Of a DNA stretch of 64,000 nucleotides, positions 11,801-22,400 are shown in pieces. Both the position numbers and the translations under genes were made by a program. Position 1 is the first letter of the stretch, and each line of letters starts with the position of its first letter. The notes below the pieces were generated by a model. The model was given only the letters and a program-made list of their open reading frames with translations, ran no database searches and was not told the DNA's origin. This DNA comes from Lama guanicoe (taxonomy: Eukaryota): the NCBI GenBank assembly GCA_013239625.1, contig MU054645.1:192403-256402 (forward strand), in the 5' to 3' direction.

Positions 11801-12539
11801 CGGCTGCACGGCTTCACCGGCCACAAGGACTGGATGGACAAGTGTGTGTGCCTACTGACTGCCTTCTCCGAGCGCATGCGCCGTGTCCCGGTGGCATTGC
11901 CCGAGATGGTCCGTGCCCTCTCAGCCCACCAGCAGACCCTCAAGCAGGTATGGTGCAGCGAGGGCACTCTGGCTAGGGCCATGGGTGGGAGGGGAGCTGG
12001 GGCCACAGTGGAGGATGAAGGCACAGAGTGGGGTTCCTGGGGCTGTCCCTAGACCTCAGGTCCGTGAGTTTGTGGCCCTATGTGAGTGTGTGTGGAAGTG
12101 TCCCACAGGAACATCTGTAAGGCTGCTTGGTGCAGGGGGAGGCGTCTGTGTGAGTGTGTCTGAGGCAGGCTTCTGACACAGGTGCGTGTGTGTGCCTGTG
12201 ACTTGGGCTCTTCTGAGAGAGGGCAGGGGCAGGGGCTAAATATGGGTCCGTATGGTTTGTGAAGTGTTTCTCTGTATATCTTTGTGTATCAGTGTAGTTA
12301 GGTCAGTGGTGTAGCAAGTGCAGGTGTATGCTTGTCTGTGTCCCTATGTGTGTTTTTGCTGTGTGCGTGCATCTGGTTGTCTATGACCCTGGCAGTAGGT
12401 GACTGTGTGTCTGTTGCCTGCCTTTATGAGTGGGGGCTGGTGGGAGTGTTCACCACTATGTGATTGCCTGTCTGCATGTGTGTGCTCTGTGTGCAGATTT
12501 GCTTGCTTATATTTGCATGTTTGCCTGTATATTTTTGCC

Positions 12540-12572
<33 letters not shown>

Positions 12573-13411
12573 TGTTTGTGTAATATCTGCTTCTCCAGGG
12601 GCATCTGCTGTTTGTCAGTGTGACAACTCTGTCTCCCTGTGTATGGGTTGTTGTGTGTTTATGTATCTTCCAGTGTATCAAATCTTGTGTGTGTGCTGTT
12701 CTCTCCACCCATGTGTACATCTCCCTGGGTTTGTACTTTTACCACTATGTATGATGCTGTCACTTTGTGTATTCTCCTGTGTGTGTGTGTGAGTGTGTGT
12801 GTATGTGTTCCCACCTACTGAGCAGTGAATCTGTTGTAACCTCCTGGCAGCTGGTCTGGGGGATGCTGAGCTGAGTCCCCTTTCCTTCTTAGGCATATAG
12901 GGTGGAGTGGCAGGAGGAAGCCCTGACGGGGGATGGGGAAGCCCTGGTAGGTCTGGGTCCAGCCCCTCTGTACCTGTCACTGGAGTAATCTTTCTCTTCT
13001 GGCCAGATTGTGATCTTTGGAGACCCCCAGGCCAAGGACACCAAGGCTCTGTTGCAGTGTGTCCACTCCATCTACATCCCTAACAAGGTTTTGTCTACCT
13101 CCCTTGCCCGAGTCCCCTCCCCTCCTCAGATCCCCAATATCTCCAGCTCTTCTGAAGGCCTGGGGGAAAGAAACCCACTCGTGGGCCATGCCAGTATCCC
13201 AGTGCCCCAGGTGACCCTCTCTACTCTCCTGCTCTCTCAGGTGCTGATTCTGGCCAATGGGGACCCCTCGAGCTTCCTGTCCCGCCAGCTGCCCTTCCTG
13301 AGTACCCTGCGACGGCTAGAGGACCGAGCCACTGCCTATGTGTGTGAGAATCAGGCCTGCTCGATGCCCATCACCGAGCCCTGTGAACTACGGAAACTGC
13401 TACATCAGTGA
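5552..13411 (+). CDS. SPATA20: Spermatogenesis-associated protein 20 (thioredoxin-like CxxC domain plus alpha/alpha-barrel; YyaL family), complete, 789 aa
   Basis: Exons 5552-5628 (or 6370-6446), 6575-6754, 6859-6923, 7106-7260, 7339-7482, 7584-7785, 8163-8293, 8406-8510, 8754-8828, 8926-9135, 9219-9411, 9750-9918, 10197-10408, 11748-11947, 13007-13087, 13241-13411 sum to 2370 nt with all GT-AG phases compatible. Motifs: [65 protein letters not shown]. Confidence 0.97.
6370..6446 (+). CDS. SPATA20: SPATA20 alternative first coding exon 1b ([26 protein letters not shown])
   Basis: ATG at 6370, donor GAAAG|gtaggt, same phase as exon 1a; resembles the rodent Spata20 N-terminus as recalled. Confidence 0.85.
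6575..6754 (+). CDS. SPATA20: SPATA20 exon
   Basis: GSSSRDKDR...HAYNPVDW; ccag| and |gtaagt. Confidence 0.95.
6859..6923 (+). CDS. SPATA20: SPATA20 exon
   Basis: [21 protein letters not shown]. Confidence 0.95.
7106..7260 (+). CDS. SPATA20: SPATA20 exon with CHWC motif
   Basis: [17 protein letters not shown]...YMTFVQ. Confidence 0.95.
7339..7482 (+). CDS. SPATA20: SPATA20 exon
   Basis: [16 protein letters not shown]...RIRDQ. Confidence 0.95.
7584..7785 (+). CDS. SPATA20: SPATA20 exon
   Basis: [14 protein letters not shown]...[12 protein letters not shown]. Confidence 0.95.
8163..8293 (+). CDS. SPATA20: SPATA20 exon
   Basis: [10 protein letters not shown]...GGIRDHVGQ. Confidence 0.95.
8406..8510 (+). 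CDS. SPATA20: SPATA20 exon
   Basis: [26 protein letters not shown]. Confidence 0.95.
8754..8828 (+). CDS. SPATA20: SPATA20 exon
   Basis: [25 protein letters not shown]. Confidence 0.93.
8926..9135 (+). CDS. SPATA20: SPATA20 exon
   Basis: [12 protein letters not shown]...KEGAFYVWT...NISPSQ. Confidence 0.95.
9219..9411 (+). CDS. SPATA20: SPATA20 exon
   Basis: [12 protein letters not shown]...[12 protein letters not shown]. Confidence 0.95.
9750..9918 (+). CDS. SPATA20: SPATA20 exon
   Basis: [11 protein letters not shown]...GGTVEH. Confidence 0.95.
10197..10408 (+). CDS. SPATA20: SPATA20 exon
   Basis: [13 protein letters not shown]...LPLRLKD. Confidence 0.95.
10500..11600. mobile_element. 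MIR and L2 fragments filling a SPATA20 intron
   Basis: agagcctcagtttctcaacatgcaaaatgg (MIR); tagcacaggcctggtacat...tcaataaatgttagctgaatga (L2 tail); purine-rich antisense L2-like tract 11020-11600. Confidence 0.6.
11748..11947 (+). CDS. SPATA20: SPATA20 exon
   Basis: [13 protein letters not shown]...QQTLKQ. Confidence 0.95.
12542..12571. repeat. (TG)15 microsatellite within a TG-rich low-complexity tract (about 12080-12810)
   Basis: Direct reading. Confidence 0.9.
13007..13087 (+). CDS. SPATA20: SPATA20 exon
   Basis: [27 protein letters not shown]. Confidence 0.93.
13241..13411 (+). CDS. SPATA20: SPATA20 last coding exon
   Basis: VLILANGDP...[14 protein letters not shown]...LLHQ then TGA. 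Confidence 0.95.
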   Translation: MLILANGDPSSFLSRQLPFLSTLRRLEDRATAYVCENQACSMPITEPCELRKLLHQ

Positions 13412-13575
13412 CTGCCTCCACCACCTCAGGCTGGGGCAGAAGGTGGAGCTTCCCAGCTGACCAGAGACTCAGGCCCTTCAGGGCCCTGCAGAACCTGCAG
13501 CCATCCCTGGACACCCTGTCACCAGGTGGCCTCGGCCATCCTTGCTGCCCCACCATGGGCACACACTCACCCTGG

Positions 13576-13581
13576 AATAAA
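13576..13581 (+). terminator. SPATA20 polyadenylation signal AATAAA
   Basis: About 165 nt after the stop codon. Confidence 0.8.
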
Positions 13582-13929
13582 CCTAACAGCGTCCCGCAGT
13601 AACCTCAGGGCCTTGGCCTTGCTTGTGAGAGAGGGGCCTCAGGCTCCAGCCTGGGAACCAGCAGCCAGGGCCCCTTTTGCTGGGAGCCCCTGGCTGACCC
13701 CTCCCCCTTCTGGGATTCCTTTTCCCCCTTCATGGATGACAAGCTGACCCTGACTCCATCCGTGGTCATTGCAGTCTGAGTGAAACTGAGGTCGGGGACC
13801 TCCAGGGGTGGAGATTGGGGTGGACTTGTACTGGAGGGGAAAGGCCAGTCCTTGCCCTCAGGCAGGGTTAAGAAAGGGGACCACCCTCCCTTCAGGTAGT
13901 CTCCTCCAGTTTTAAGCTAGGGAAGACAC

Positions 13930-14473
13930 AGGGAGATGCTTCATATGAGCTTTTATTTTTCATGAGATGGTGACATTTGCATGTGCTCTGGCCCATTGTG
14001 GGATCTACTGCTATCGGGACAAAGGACATTTCTTTGGGGGTATCCACCTAGGTCCTAGCCTCCCTGCAGAAGGTTATATTGTCCATCCCCCTGCTTTCAT
14101 ATAAGCCAGTCCAGGGAAAGAGTTCTCTTTCATTTGGAATATCTGTTGGGTTAAAAATCCTCCAAACCTGAGTCCTTCCTGCTGCAGGTAAAGCCTCTGT
14201 CTTCTTGTGACCTCCTCCTGTTTCCTCAATATTGGGAGATGTTCGTATGCTCCATCCTTGCACCCGAAACTTCACAGGCCCCAGAACCCCCATCTAGCTT
14301 CCACTGGGGAAGGGAACTGGGAAGCATGCTTTCAGAAGGGCAAGTGTAGGGTGATGGGCTGTCCCCAACATCAGGCCGCTTAGGGGTCTGCTGATCTAGG
14401 CATCCTTGTAGCCCCAGGGCCAAACAATACAGAATCAGAAGAGGCTGCTGGAGACGAAGTGTGAATGGGGCCA
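13930..14473 (-). ncRNA. Candidate terminal exon of an antisense lncRNA (CACNA1G-AS1-like position)
   Basis: Minus-strand acceptor tcccttcccttcccgctgctgacacccccacaagcag|TGGCC ending at 14474, and minus-strand AATAAA (TTTATT at 13952-13957). Confidence 0.45.
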
Positions 14474-17400
14474 CTGCTTGTGGGGGTGTCAGCAGCGGGA
14501 AGGGAAGGGATGGGACAGGAAGGAGCTGGGAAACTGGACTGAGTCACTCCAAGGTCTGCTCGGGACTATGGCTACCCCCTGCACACTGTCACTCGCAGCC
14601 ACACATGGTCACTGGGACCCAGGTCAGCTTTGTCTGGGCAGCTGGGCCCTTGGTGCAAGCCACCGGCCCATCTGGAGAGGATTAGGGCTCTGGCCAACAA
14701 GGTCAGCTGGCCCCTTTCTGGATGGAGCCTTCCTCAGTCTTGCCAGGAAGTCTGAGGGCTGGGCAAGCAGAGCCTGGTCTAGGGGGCAGTGAAGAGGGAG
14801 TGTGGAGCATGGGGAAGCACAGGTGGCCTTTTTGGCAGCCCCAGCCCTGGCTTTGCAAAGGTCTGGGCAGTTTGCAAAGCCCTCTTGCCTCTGTCATCCC
14901 ATTGACCCTCATGAATGAGGTGGCAAGGCAGGTACCTTTGGCCTCATAGGGATAGATGTTCAAGGCCCAGAGAGGGTGAGAGATTGGCCTGAAACTGCTC
15001 AATACATCTAGTTCTTTGTAGGGTACAATGAAGACCAGTAAGGCTGCCTCTTCCCCTAGGAGGTCCAGGCACAGCTCTGAAGGAGGGTACTTGGTGTTTC
15101 CTACCCCTCCCTCCCGTCTTCTTTCTGCTGTGTGTCTCCTTTCTCCCTTCCCCTGGTATCAGGCATGTACTTGACAATGGGATTCAGTAAACGGATTCAG
15201 AGAAAGGAGTCAGGGCCTTAAAGGGTTAGTTCTGTTGGGAGTGCTTGCATTTCCTAAAGAGAACAAGGCTGAACATAAGTCTTGCTCAGCTGTGGAGTTT
15301 TAAGTCCTCGGCCTCTCTTCCCCTTTGCTGGGCCCTCTTGGGTATGATCCTTGCTCTATCGGCAAGACTGTCCCGGAGGAGCTGTGTGCCAGGGCCATGG
15401 GAGACAAGGGTCTCCTAGTTTGGGCAGTCATTTAAGTAATTACATCTCTTGGAGCTTCAGTTTCCTTATCTAAAAAATACCACCGAACTCCCACCCAGCA
15501 ACCACCCAGCTCCCAAGGCTGTGAGGTGACTAAATAGGACAATGTATCATTGCTGAGCAGAGAGCATCACCTATGGGAAAATTCTCTCAGTTCCTGAGGG
15601 AGCCAGCCAGGCTGTGAGGGAGGTGTAAATGGGAGAGGGATGGAGAGGGCTGGAGGGGCTGGTGGAGCAGGGCCCAATTGGGGGTTCTCCCTCAAAACCA
15701 GAAGAGCTCTTAGACAAGAGTTAAGCCAACTGAGACCCAGAGAAAGGAATCTCTTGTCCCTTTCTTTCCCCCTCTCTGCCTGATGTTATTCATTCACTTA
15801 ATAAAGATTTATTAAGCACCTACTATATGCCAAATTGGTGAGTAAAGTGGACAGAGTCCCTGCCCTCAGGGAATTTAGAGCCTAGAGTGGGAGCCAGCCA
15901 TTTCATTACTACAGATGCAGACGTAATCCCAGGCTGGGTCACGTGCTCTGAGGCTGTGGACTCTTGTCTGGCCCAGTACTGTGTCCTTAGCACTTTGGCA
16001 CTTAGTAGGCACTGCAATACTTGCTGAAAGAAGGCCACTCAGAGGAGGTGATGTCAGAGCTGAAGCTTGGAGGGTGGGAGTCAGAGACCATTCCACGGCT
16101 TCATATGCCTTCTTCGTGGATACTGCCTCGCTCCTCATCTCCCCACTGGGGTTAACAGCTCTCTGACAGGGATGTCAGAGTCCCCTGGTGTCCTGTACAG
16201 GGGTCAGGATGCCTTAGGCGCAGATCACCCCGGCCCCAAGCCCAGGGATTATTTGTTCAGATGGTACACATCTGTCCCCCTTTCTGAATATGTTCTAGAA
16301 CTGAGTTCAGCCCAGAGTTGGGGGTGGTGGGGTGGCCTCGATGATGGATGAAGGTGTGGGGCCTGCTGACCATCAGGAAACCCAACCATTGGGCTGGGCA
16401 AGCCTCTCTGACCTCATTTCTCCCTGTGCTAGGAGGGTATGATTAGAGTCACTACCTCTGGCTGCTGGTGCTGGGGCCTCTTGATCCTGTCTGGGAAGGG
16501 CAGGCAGGCTGGGCAGACTGCAGACCGTTGAAGGGGAAGGTGTCAGATGGGTGGAGCCAACCGTAAATAGGCCCCTCTCCCAGAAGACCACTGCCAGTTC
16601 AAGACTCTGGTGCGGGCACACTCGGAATGAGAGCAGAGACTCCTGCCAGGAGAGAAAGGCACTTAAGGGATCTGCTTATTAGCATGAAATGCAAATGAGC
16701 CCGGCCTCATTTGCACAACTCTGTGCCGGGATTTGGCGAAAGGGCAACCTGGGAGGCGACAGAGCATCAGCCGCTCTTCCCTCCTCACTGCACTCCCCGC
16801 AACTCGCCTGGGAGGGAGCTGAGACCCACACCACGCGGCGGGAGGCGTGGGTGGTGCAGCCTTGGGAGAACGAAAAAACGCTGGGAAGTCGGGACGAGCG
16901 CAAGAGGTCATCCGGTCCATCCCTCTGCCTCTCCGCAGTGGCGTAAGAGCCCCCGCTGTCTCGGGAGAGGAAACTGACTGACCTGTTTGGCTCTGCCGTC
17001 TCTACCTCGCGCAGAGGTGGGGAAGAGATACCCGACGTCTAATCCTGGATGCCCTCCCCGCCCCACCTCACCTCAGCGCTCAGCACCTGGCTCCCGGGTA
17101 CCCATATCCTTTAGGGATAGCACCAGCGGCGAGAGGGAGCTGGAGCTGATTGAGCCCGGGGAGTCAGGAAGGTGAGGAGGGGCAAGGGCCGGGGTCTGTA
17201 CGTGTGTGTGCAAGCGTGGAAATCCTCGAGGACTCGCTGGGTAGGGTGGAGGTGTGCAAGTAAAGCAGCTTCACGAAGCTCCTGTTTTGAGGACAGCCTC
17301 CCCCTAGGCAGTGTTGGAACTCGAGGAAAAACTGAGGCACGGAGTGGGGGCTTGGTGAACCTTCGCAGGTGAAGAGTTGGCAAAGCCCAGCTCTATGCTT

Positions 17401-17899
17401 CCATCCCCTCCCACATACTTGAGATCCCCGCAGGTCCATTTGCAGGTTCCCCTCTGCTCTGCAGCTGCTCTTGGGGATCTGGGCTCTGGGTCTGGCGTGA
17501 CCTGCCTGGGGCCACGTGTTCAAGCACGAAGCCCTCTCGTGAAGCTCAGGAGTGTCAGCGTGAGGTCAGAGTCAGCGAGTTAGGGTTAGAAAATTAGGGT
17601 CAAACTCTCAGAAGTGGACCTGGGTGGAGGATCAACAAGCCTGAGGTCAGTGGAGGCCACGCCCAGACCTTGCCTACCCCGGCCTTTCCTTGGCTCCGCC
17701 CATTTCCCTAAGACCAGCCTCCTTCAGCCTGAATCCCTACCCCTGCGACATCCCGCTCTGCTCGCCCTTTCCTCAGTCCTGCTCCCAGGCTCAACTCCAG
17801 GGTGGAGGATTAATCTGGTGGAGACCCGGGATTTCTCCCCAGGACCCTGGTCACATCCCTCCGGGGCGGGCTGCCTCCCTTCAGCTCCAGGCCCGCCCA

Positions 17900-19400
17900 G
17901 AGCTGAGCCCCGCCCTCCGGCTGTGGTCCAATTCAGGGGTCGTGGACAAAGGATGCCCGGAGGCCGGTGGCGCTATCCCAGGACCCCGCGTCAAATACTC
18001 TGATTCCCTGGGGCCCCCTCCAGAGGAGTCCCTGAGACCCCAACGGCCAATAGGAAAGTGGGTTCGGTCTGGGTAGCCGTCTAATTGGCTCCGGCCTTCG
18101 GGAGCGAACACCAGGGGCAAGGGGAGGGGAGAGGGGCGGTCCCAGGCTTTGGGGTGGGAACCGGATTCCAGCTGTGGCTCTCTCCCCGGCGCCCCCGCCC
18201 GCACTGCCACGGCGGCCGGCCAATGGGCATGAGGTTCGGAGCCGGCGGCGCGAGGCGATTGGCTGCGGGGCTGCCTGGGGAGAGGCGGGGCCGAGGCTTG
18301 AAGTTGGAGTGAGGGATCCAGCTGTGGTGTGCGCCGGGCTCCTCGCCGCCGCTTTCGCTTGCTCGCTCCGCGTCTCGGCCGGAGGAGGAGGCAGTGGCGC
18401 CGGCGACAGCTACGGCAGCGGCAGCCACCGCGGAGGCTGCGGCGGCGGCATCTCCGCCTCCACCCCCGCTCGGGACGGCCCCCCACCACCTCCCCGCCCC
18501 TCCCGGACGGTGAGCCCGCCGCTGGGCGGAGGAAAGAGCCACCCCTCACCCCCTCCAAACCCACCCCCGAAGAGAGTCCTCCTCCCCTCCCCCGCCGCCG
18601 CTGGCGCGGAGCCGGGACGATGCTGACCCCTTAGATCCTGCTCCAGCTGCGCCGCGGGAAGAGGGGGCGCCCCCCCCGGACCCTCCGCCCTCCGTCCCCC
18701 TTCTCTCTCCCCTTATTGGGGCCGCTTCGCCGAAGGTAGCGCCGAATCTGGCGACTGGAGCCTGGGCGCGAAGCGAAGAAGCCGGAACAAAGTGAGGGGG
18801 AGCCAGCCGGCTGGCCCGGGGGGGCCCAGGGGCCCTGGGGAAGCGGGACTCGCGCCGGGCGGGGCTTCCCTGCGACCCGGCGCCCCGCGGGCAGCATGCC
18901 CCTGCGGGCAGGGGGAGCTGGGCTGAATTGGCCCTCCAGGGGGCTCAGCCTGCGACCTAGAGCCCCCCAGATGCGCCCCTGCCGGGGCCCCCCGGTTGCG
19001 TGAGGACACCTCCTGTGAGGGGCGCCGCTCGCCCCTCNNNNNNNNNNNNNNNNNNNNNNNNNNNNNNNNNNNNNNNNNNNNNNNNNNNNNNNNNNNNNNN
19101 NNNNNNNNNNNNNNNNNNNNNNNNNNNNNNNNNNNNNNNNNNNNNNNNNNNNNNNNNNNNNNNNNNNNNNNNNNNNNNNNNNNNNNNNNNNNNGGCAGCG
19201 TGGACTCCGAGGCGGAGGGTCTGCCATACCCTGCACTGGCCCCGGTGGTTTTCTTCTACTTGAGCCAGGACAGCCGCCCGCGGAGCTGGTGTCTCCGCAC
19301 GGTCTGTAACCCATATCCTCCGGGGCACGACGGCCGGGCTCGGGGGTCTGCAGGGGGGCGGGCCGCGCCGCCTCAGGGGACCAAAAGCTAGGTGAGTCGG
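17900..19400. promoter_or_regulatory. CACNA1G CpG-island promoter and 5' UTR with four CCAAT boxes and GC boxes
   Basis: CCAAT 18047, ATTGG 18084, CCAAT 18220, ATTGG 18258; GGGGCGG 18133, CCCCGCCC 18193; very high CpG density. Confidence 0.85.
19071..19312 (+). CDS. CACNA1G: CACNA1G exon 1 coding part (visible 19194-19312)
   Basis: [40 protein letters not shown]; start inferred from recalled orthologue length. Confidence 0.85.
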
Positions 19401-22400
19401 AGAAGTGAGCCTGGAAGGTGGGCAGTTGAAACGGGGGTTGTTAAAGAGGGGAGGGGTTGTCAGAGTGGAAGCAGAGACACGAACAGGCTTGGCAGATACC
19501 CCAGGCGAGCCCCACCTTGATACACACACCTCAGTCCTCCTTGGGGGGCTGGGATCCAGGCCAGGAAAAGAGAGGAGACGTGCCCCATTGGTTTGCAGCT
19601 GGATGCTCTCCAGATGTGGGCAGGGGAGGGTCGTCATACTCCAGATGTGGGAAGCTTCGGGAGCCTGAGAGCTCTACTCCGCCCGCCGCCGGTTAGCGAG
19701 CTGGGTTATGCAGTGGATTCTAGGGTCAGATCCCCCGACCTGGTGCTTGAGGCTGACGTTTTTACTGACCCAGAGGGAGATGTTGGGGGGCGGGGACCAG
19801 GTCCTAACCCCCACCCCCACCCCGCGGGTTGGAGGCACAACAAGGAGATTCCGGCGGCGGCTGATGTCAGGGGCCCAGAATAAGAACAAGATGTGGTGGA
19901 GGGAAGCTGTCTGCCCCCAGATCTGGAGTAGAGACCCTTTCAGTAAGAGCCCAGTGCTCAGAGTGCCTCCCTTCTTCCCAATTCTTTATTCAGTGTTGGG
20001 TGCTTAAGGTTGGGTTGGGGAGTTTTGTGCTTAATTTTTTTCTTGTGGAGGGAAAGACTGTGGCAGGAGCTTTAGCAAGTGGGGGATGGTATTAAGCTGA
20101 CCCAAGTTACCCATCCCCTTTCTGTAGGAGTGCTCCCGCCTGATCGCAGGGCAGGTATGGGAAACCGCAGCCCTCCAGGAAAGTACGGGGTGGGGGAGGA
20201 GGGCAGTGAGACTGTGAGCCCGTTCATTAAGGAAGACTCAGGTCCACCACCCCATGTCTACCCCTTGGATAGGTTTGTGGAATGCAAGCCCCACATTCCA
20301 GGGAGATAGATTTAGCACTACCTCCTATCCTCTGCCCAGTCTGGAATGGTGTGGAAGACCCCAGACCCCTCATCCCGGTGGCATCTCCCCCTTAGCCCCT
20401 AGCACAAAATACTGCTTGACTAATGCCCTGCTCCTGGCTCCTGGCTCCGGGTCCCCCAAGTGGGTCCCGCCACTGCCGGAAAGAAGAGGGGTGCACTGCC
20501 ATTCCAGGTCTTGACAGCTTCTCTTGGCTCTTTCCTCTCAACTCAGAGGCTCTTTTGGACCCAGGGTGGGAGACCTCCGTTCTCCCTTGTAACCCCTAAG
20601 AGCCCAGCTGGGACTCTGCTTTGGGGAAGTGGTGGGGGGAGCTTGGTGCCGCCCTCACTCTCTGCAGCTCTGCTGCCTCTAGTGCGCAAAGCAGGGATGT
20701 GAGTCTGGGTCCCCCCAACCCCCATCCTCCCGTGGGTCTTTAGGAAGCTCCTCTCATCACACGCTCTATCCACCCTCTGCTCCTTCCTTTCTTTCTGAGC
20801 TGCAGAAAAAAGGTGGGGGCCTCAGTGGTCTGTGGGCCTGTGGAACAGGCACATCTTGGGCCCCCCATCCCAGGCCCCTTTCTCAGTGGTAGGGATGGAG
20901 ATGGAGAACAAATGTGTCTGAAAAGAACAGGCTCAGGGCATCCCTCCTCTCCACTCCTAATCCCACCCTTTTTGGGAAAAAGCACCAGACTCATCCCTTC
21001 CTTCTCAGGAGCCCAGGAGGAGGTGGAGAAATCCTCTCTCCTTTCCCTCCTCCTTCAAAACCAGACCTCTTGACTAGCATCTGCGCACCTGCCTTATGTT
21101 CAGGTACTAGTGGATGGTCTGGGGTCAGATTCCTTCCGTGAGGGTTCTGGGTGGGGGAAGTGGAGAAAGCGAGAATGAGAGAAGAGAGCTGGGGGCCCAG
21201 TGCATGCCTCGGGGATTCTGGGGTGTGGGGCATTGGCATCACTAGGTCTGGACAAGCCTGAGATGTGTTCCCCCAACTCCCATCACACCCACTTATCAAG
21301 GGAAACCTGTGTTTTCACTGCCAGAGGGGCTCTGGACTGACTGTTGGGCCTCAGTCTTTCTCTTTCTCTCTTGTTGGTATCTGTGAGGCTTCCTTTGGCT
21401 CCACAAGGTTCCTCTCTGCACCTCTGAGCTGGAGGGATGTAAGGACACCTTCCCTCAACTAATTGAAGCTAGTTAGTATCTTCTTGACATTTTTCTCAGC
21501 CCCTTCCTCTCTTAGCCTCTTTAAGAGACCAGGTTTCCTAGAAAGGAGATCTAGACCCAGGTAGGAAGTAGTGTGTGAGTGTGCGTGTGTATGTGTGTGT
21601 GTGTGTGTGTGTTGGAGGGAGGAAGGGAAGGGAATGGAAGGAGGGGCTCGGAAGTGCGTGTTTGGTTACTGAGGAGACCGGGGACTCAAGGACGGTCAAT
21701 TCAGAGTTAGAAAGGTCCCCTCCTCCCAGGTTATAGGGGAAGGAGTGTTGGACATTGCAGTGTGTGTTTCTTCAAGTGTGAGGGAGTGAGTGCCCCTCCC
21801 GGGAAGGAGATCCTGAGNNNNNNNNNNNNNNNNNNNNNNNNNNNNNNNNNNNNNNNNNNNNNNNNNNNNNNNNNNNNNNNNNNNNNNNNNNNNNNNNNNN
21901 NNNNNNNNNNNNNNNNNNNNNNNNNNNNNNNNNNNNNNNNNNNNNNNNNAAGGGGCCAGAGGGGGAGAAGGGAGCCTGCCAGGAGTAGGGGGAGGAGAAG
22001 GGGGAGGCCTGAACAGCGGGAGCCCTAATGGCTTCCAGAAGTGAGTGAGTGTGTGACTGTGTCACTGTGTGTGTCTGAGTGTGTGCGTCTGGAGGAAAGG
22101 GGGCACCAGGAATTTCTGGAGTTTTCCCTGCCACTGTCCCAGTCTCCCAAGTTTCCCTGCTTCTTTTACCTAGGGAGAGGTCTCCATTTTGGTCCTCAGA
22201 GGAAATGGAAGGGGAGGTGTTCCTCCTGGCTTCTCACCAATTCCCTCTCATTTTCAAACCCAAGGCTCTCCAGAGGGGGTTCTGGGGAGAAGAGCTTGTC
22301 CTGGGGAACTGAACCGGACCGAAGAGGGCCAGAGCATCCCCTGGCACTCTTTCTGCCCCAGACCCACCTTTCTTCTGGGTCACACACACACACTCTGCTC

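Noticed and set aside
17881-19637. Long ORFs on both strands over the CACNA1G CpG island
   Set aside because: GC-richness and N-run artefacts; no recognisable domain.
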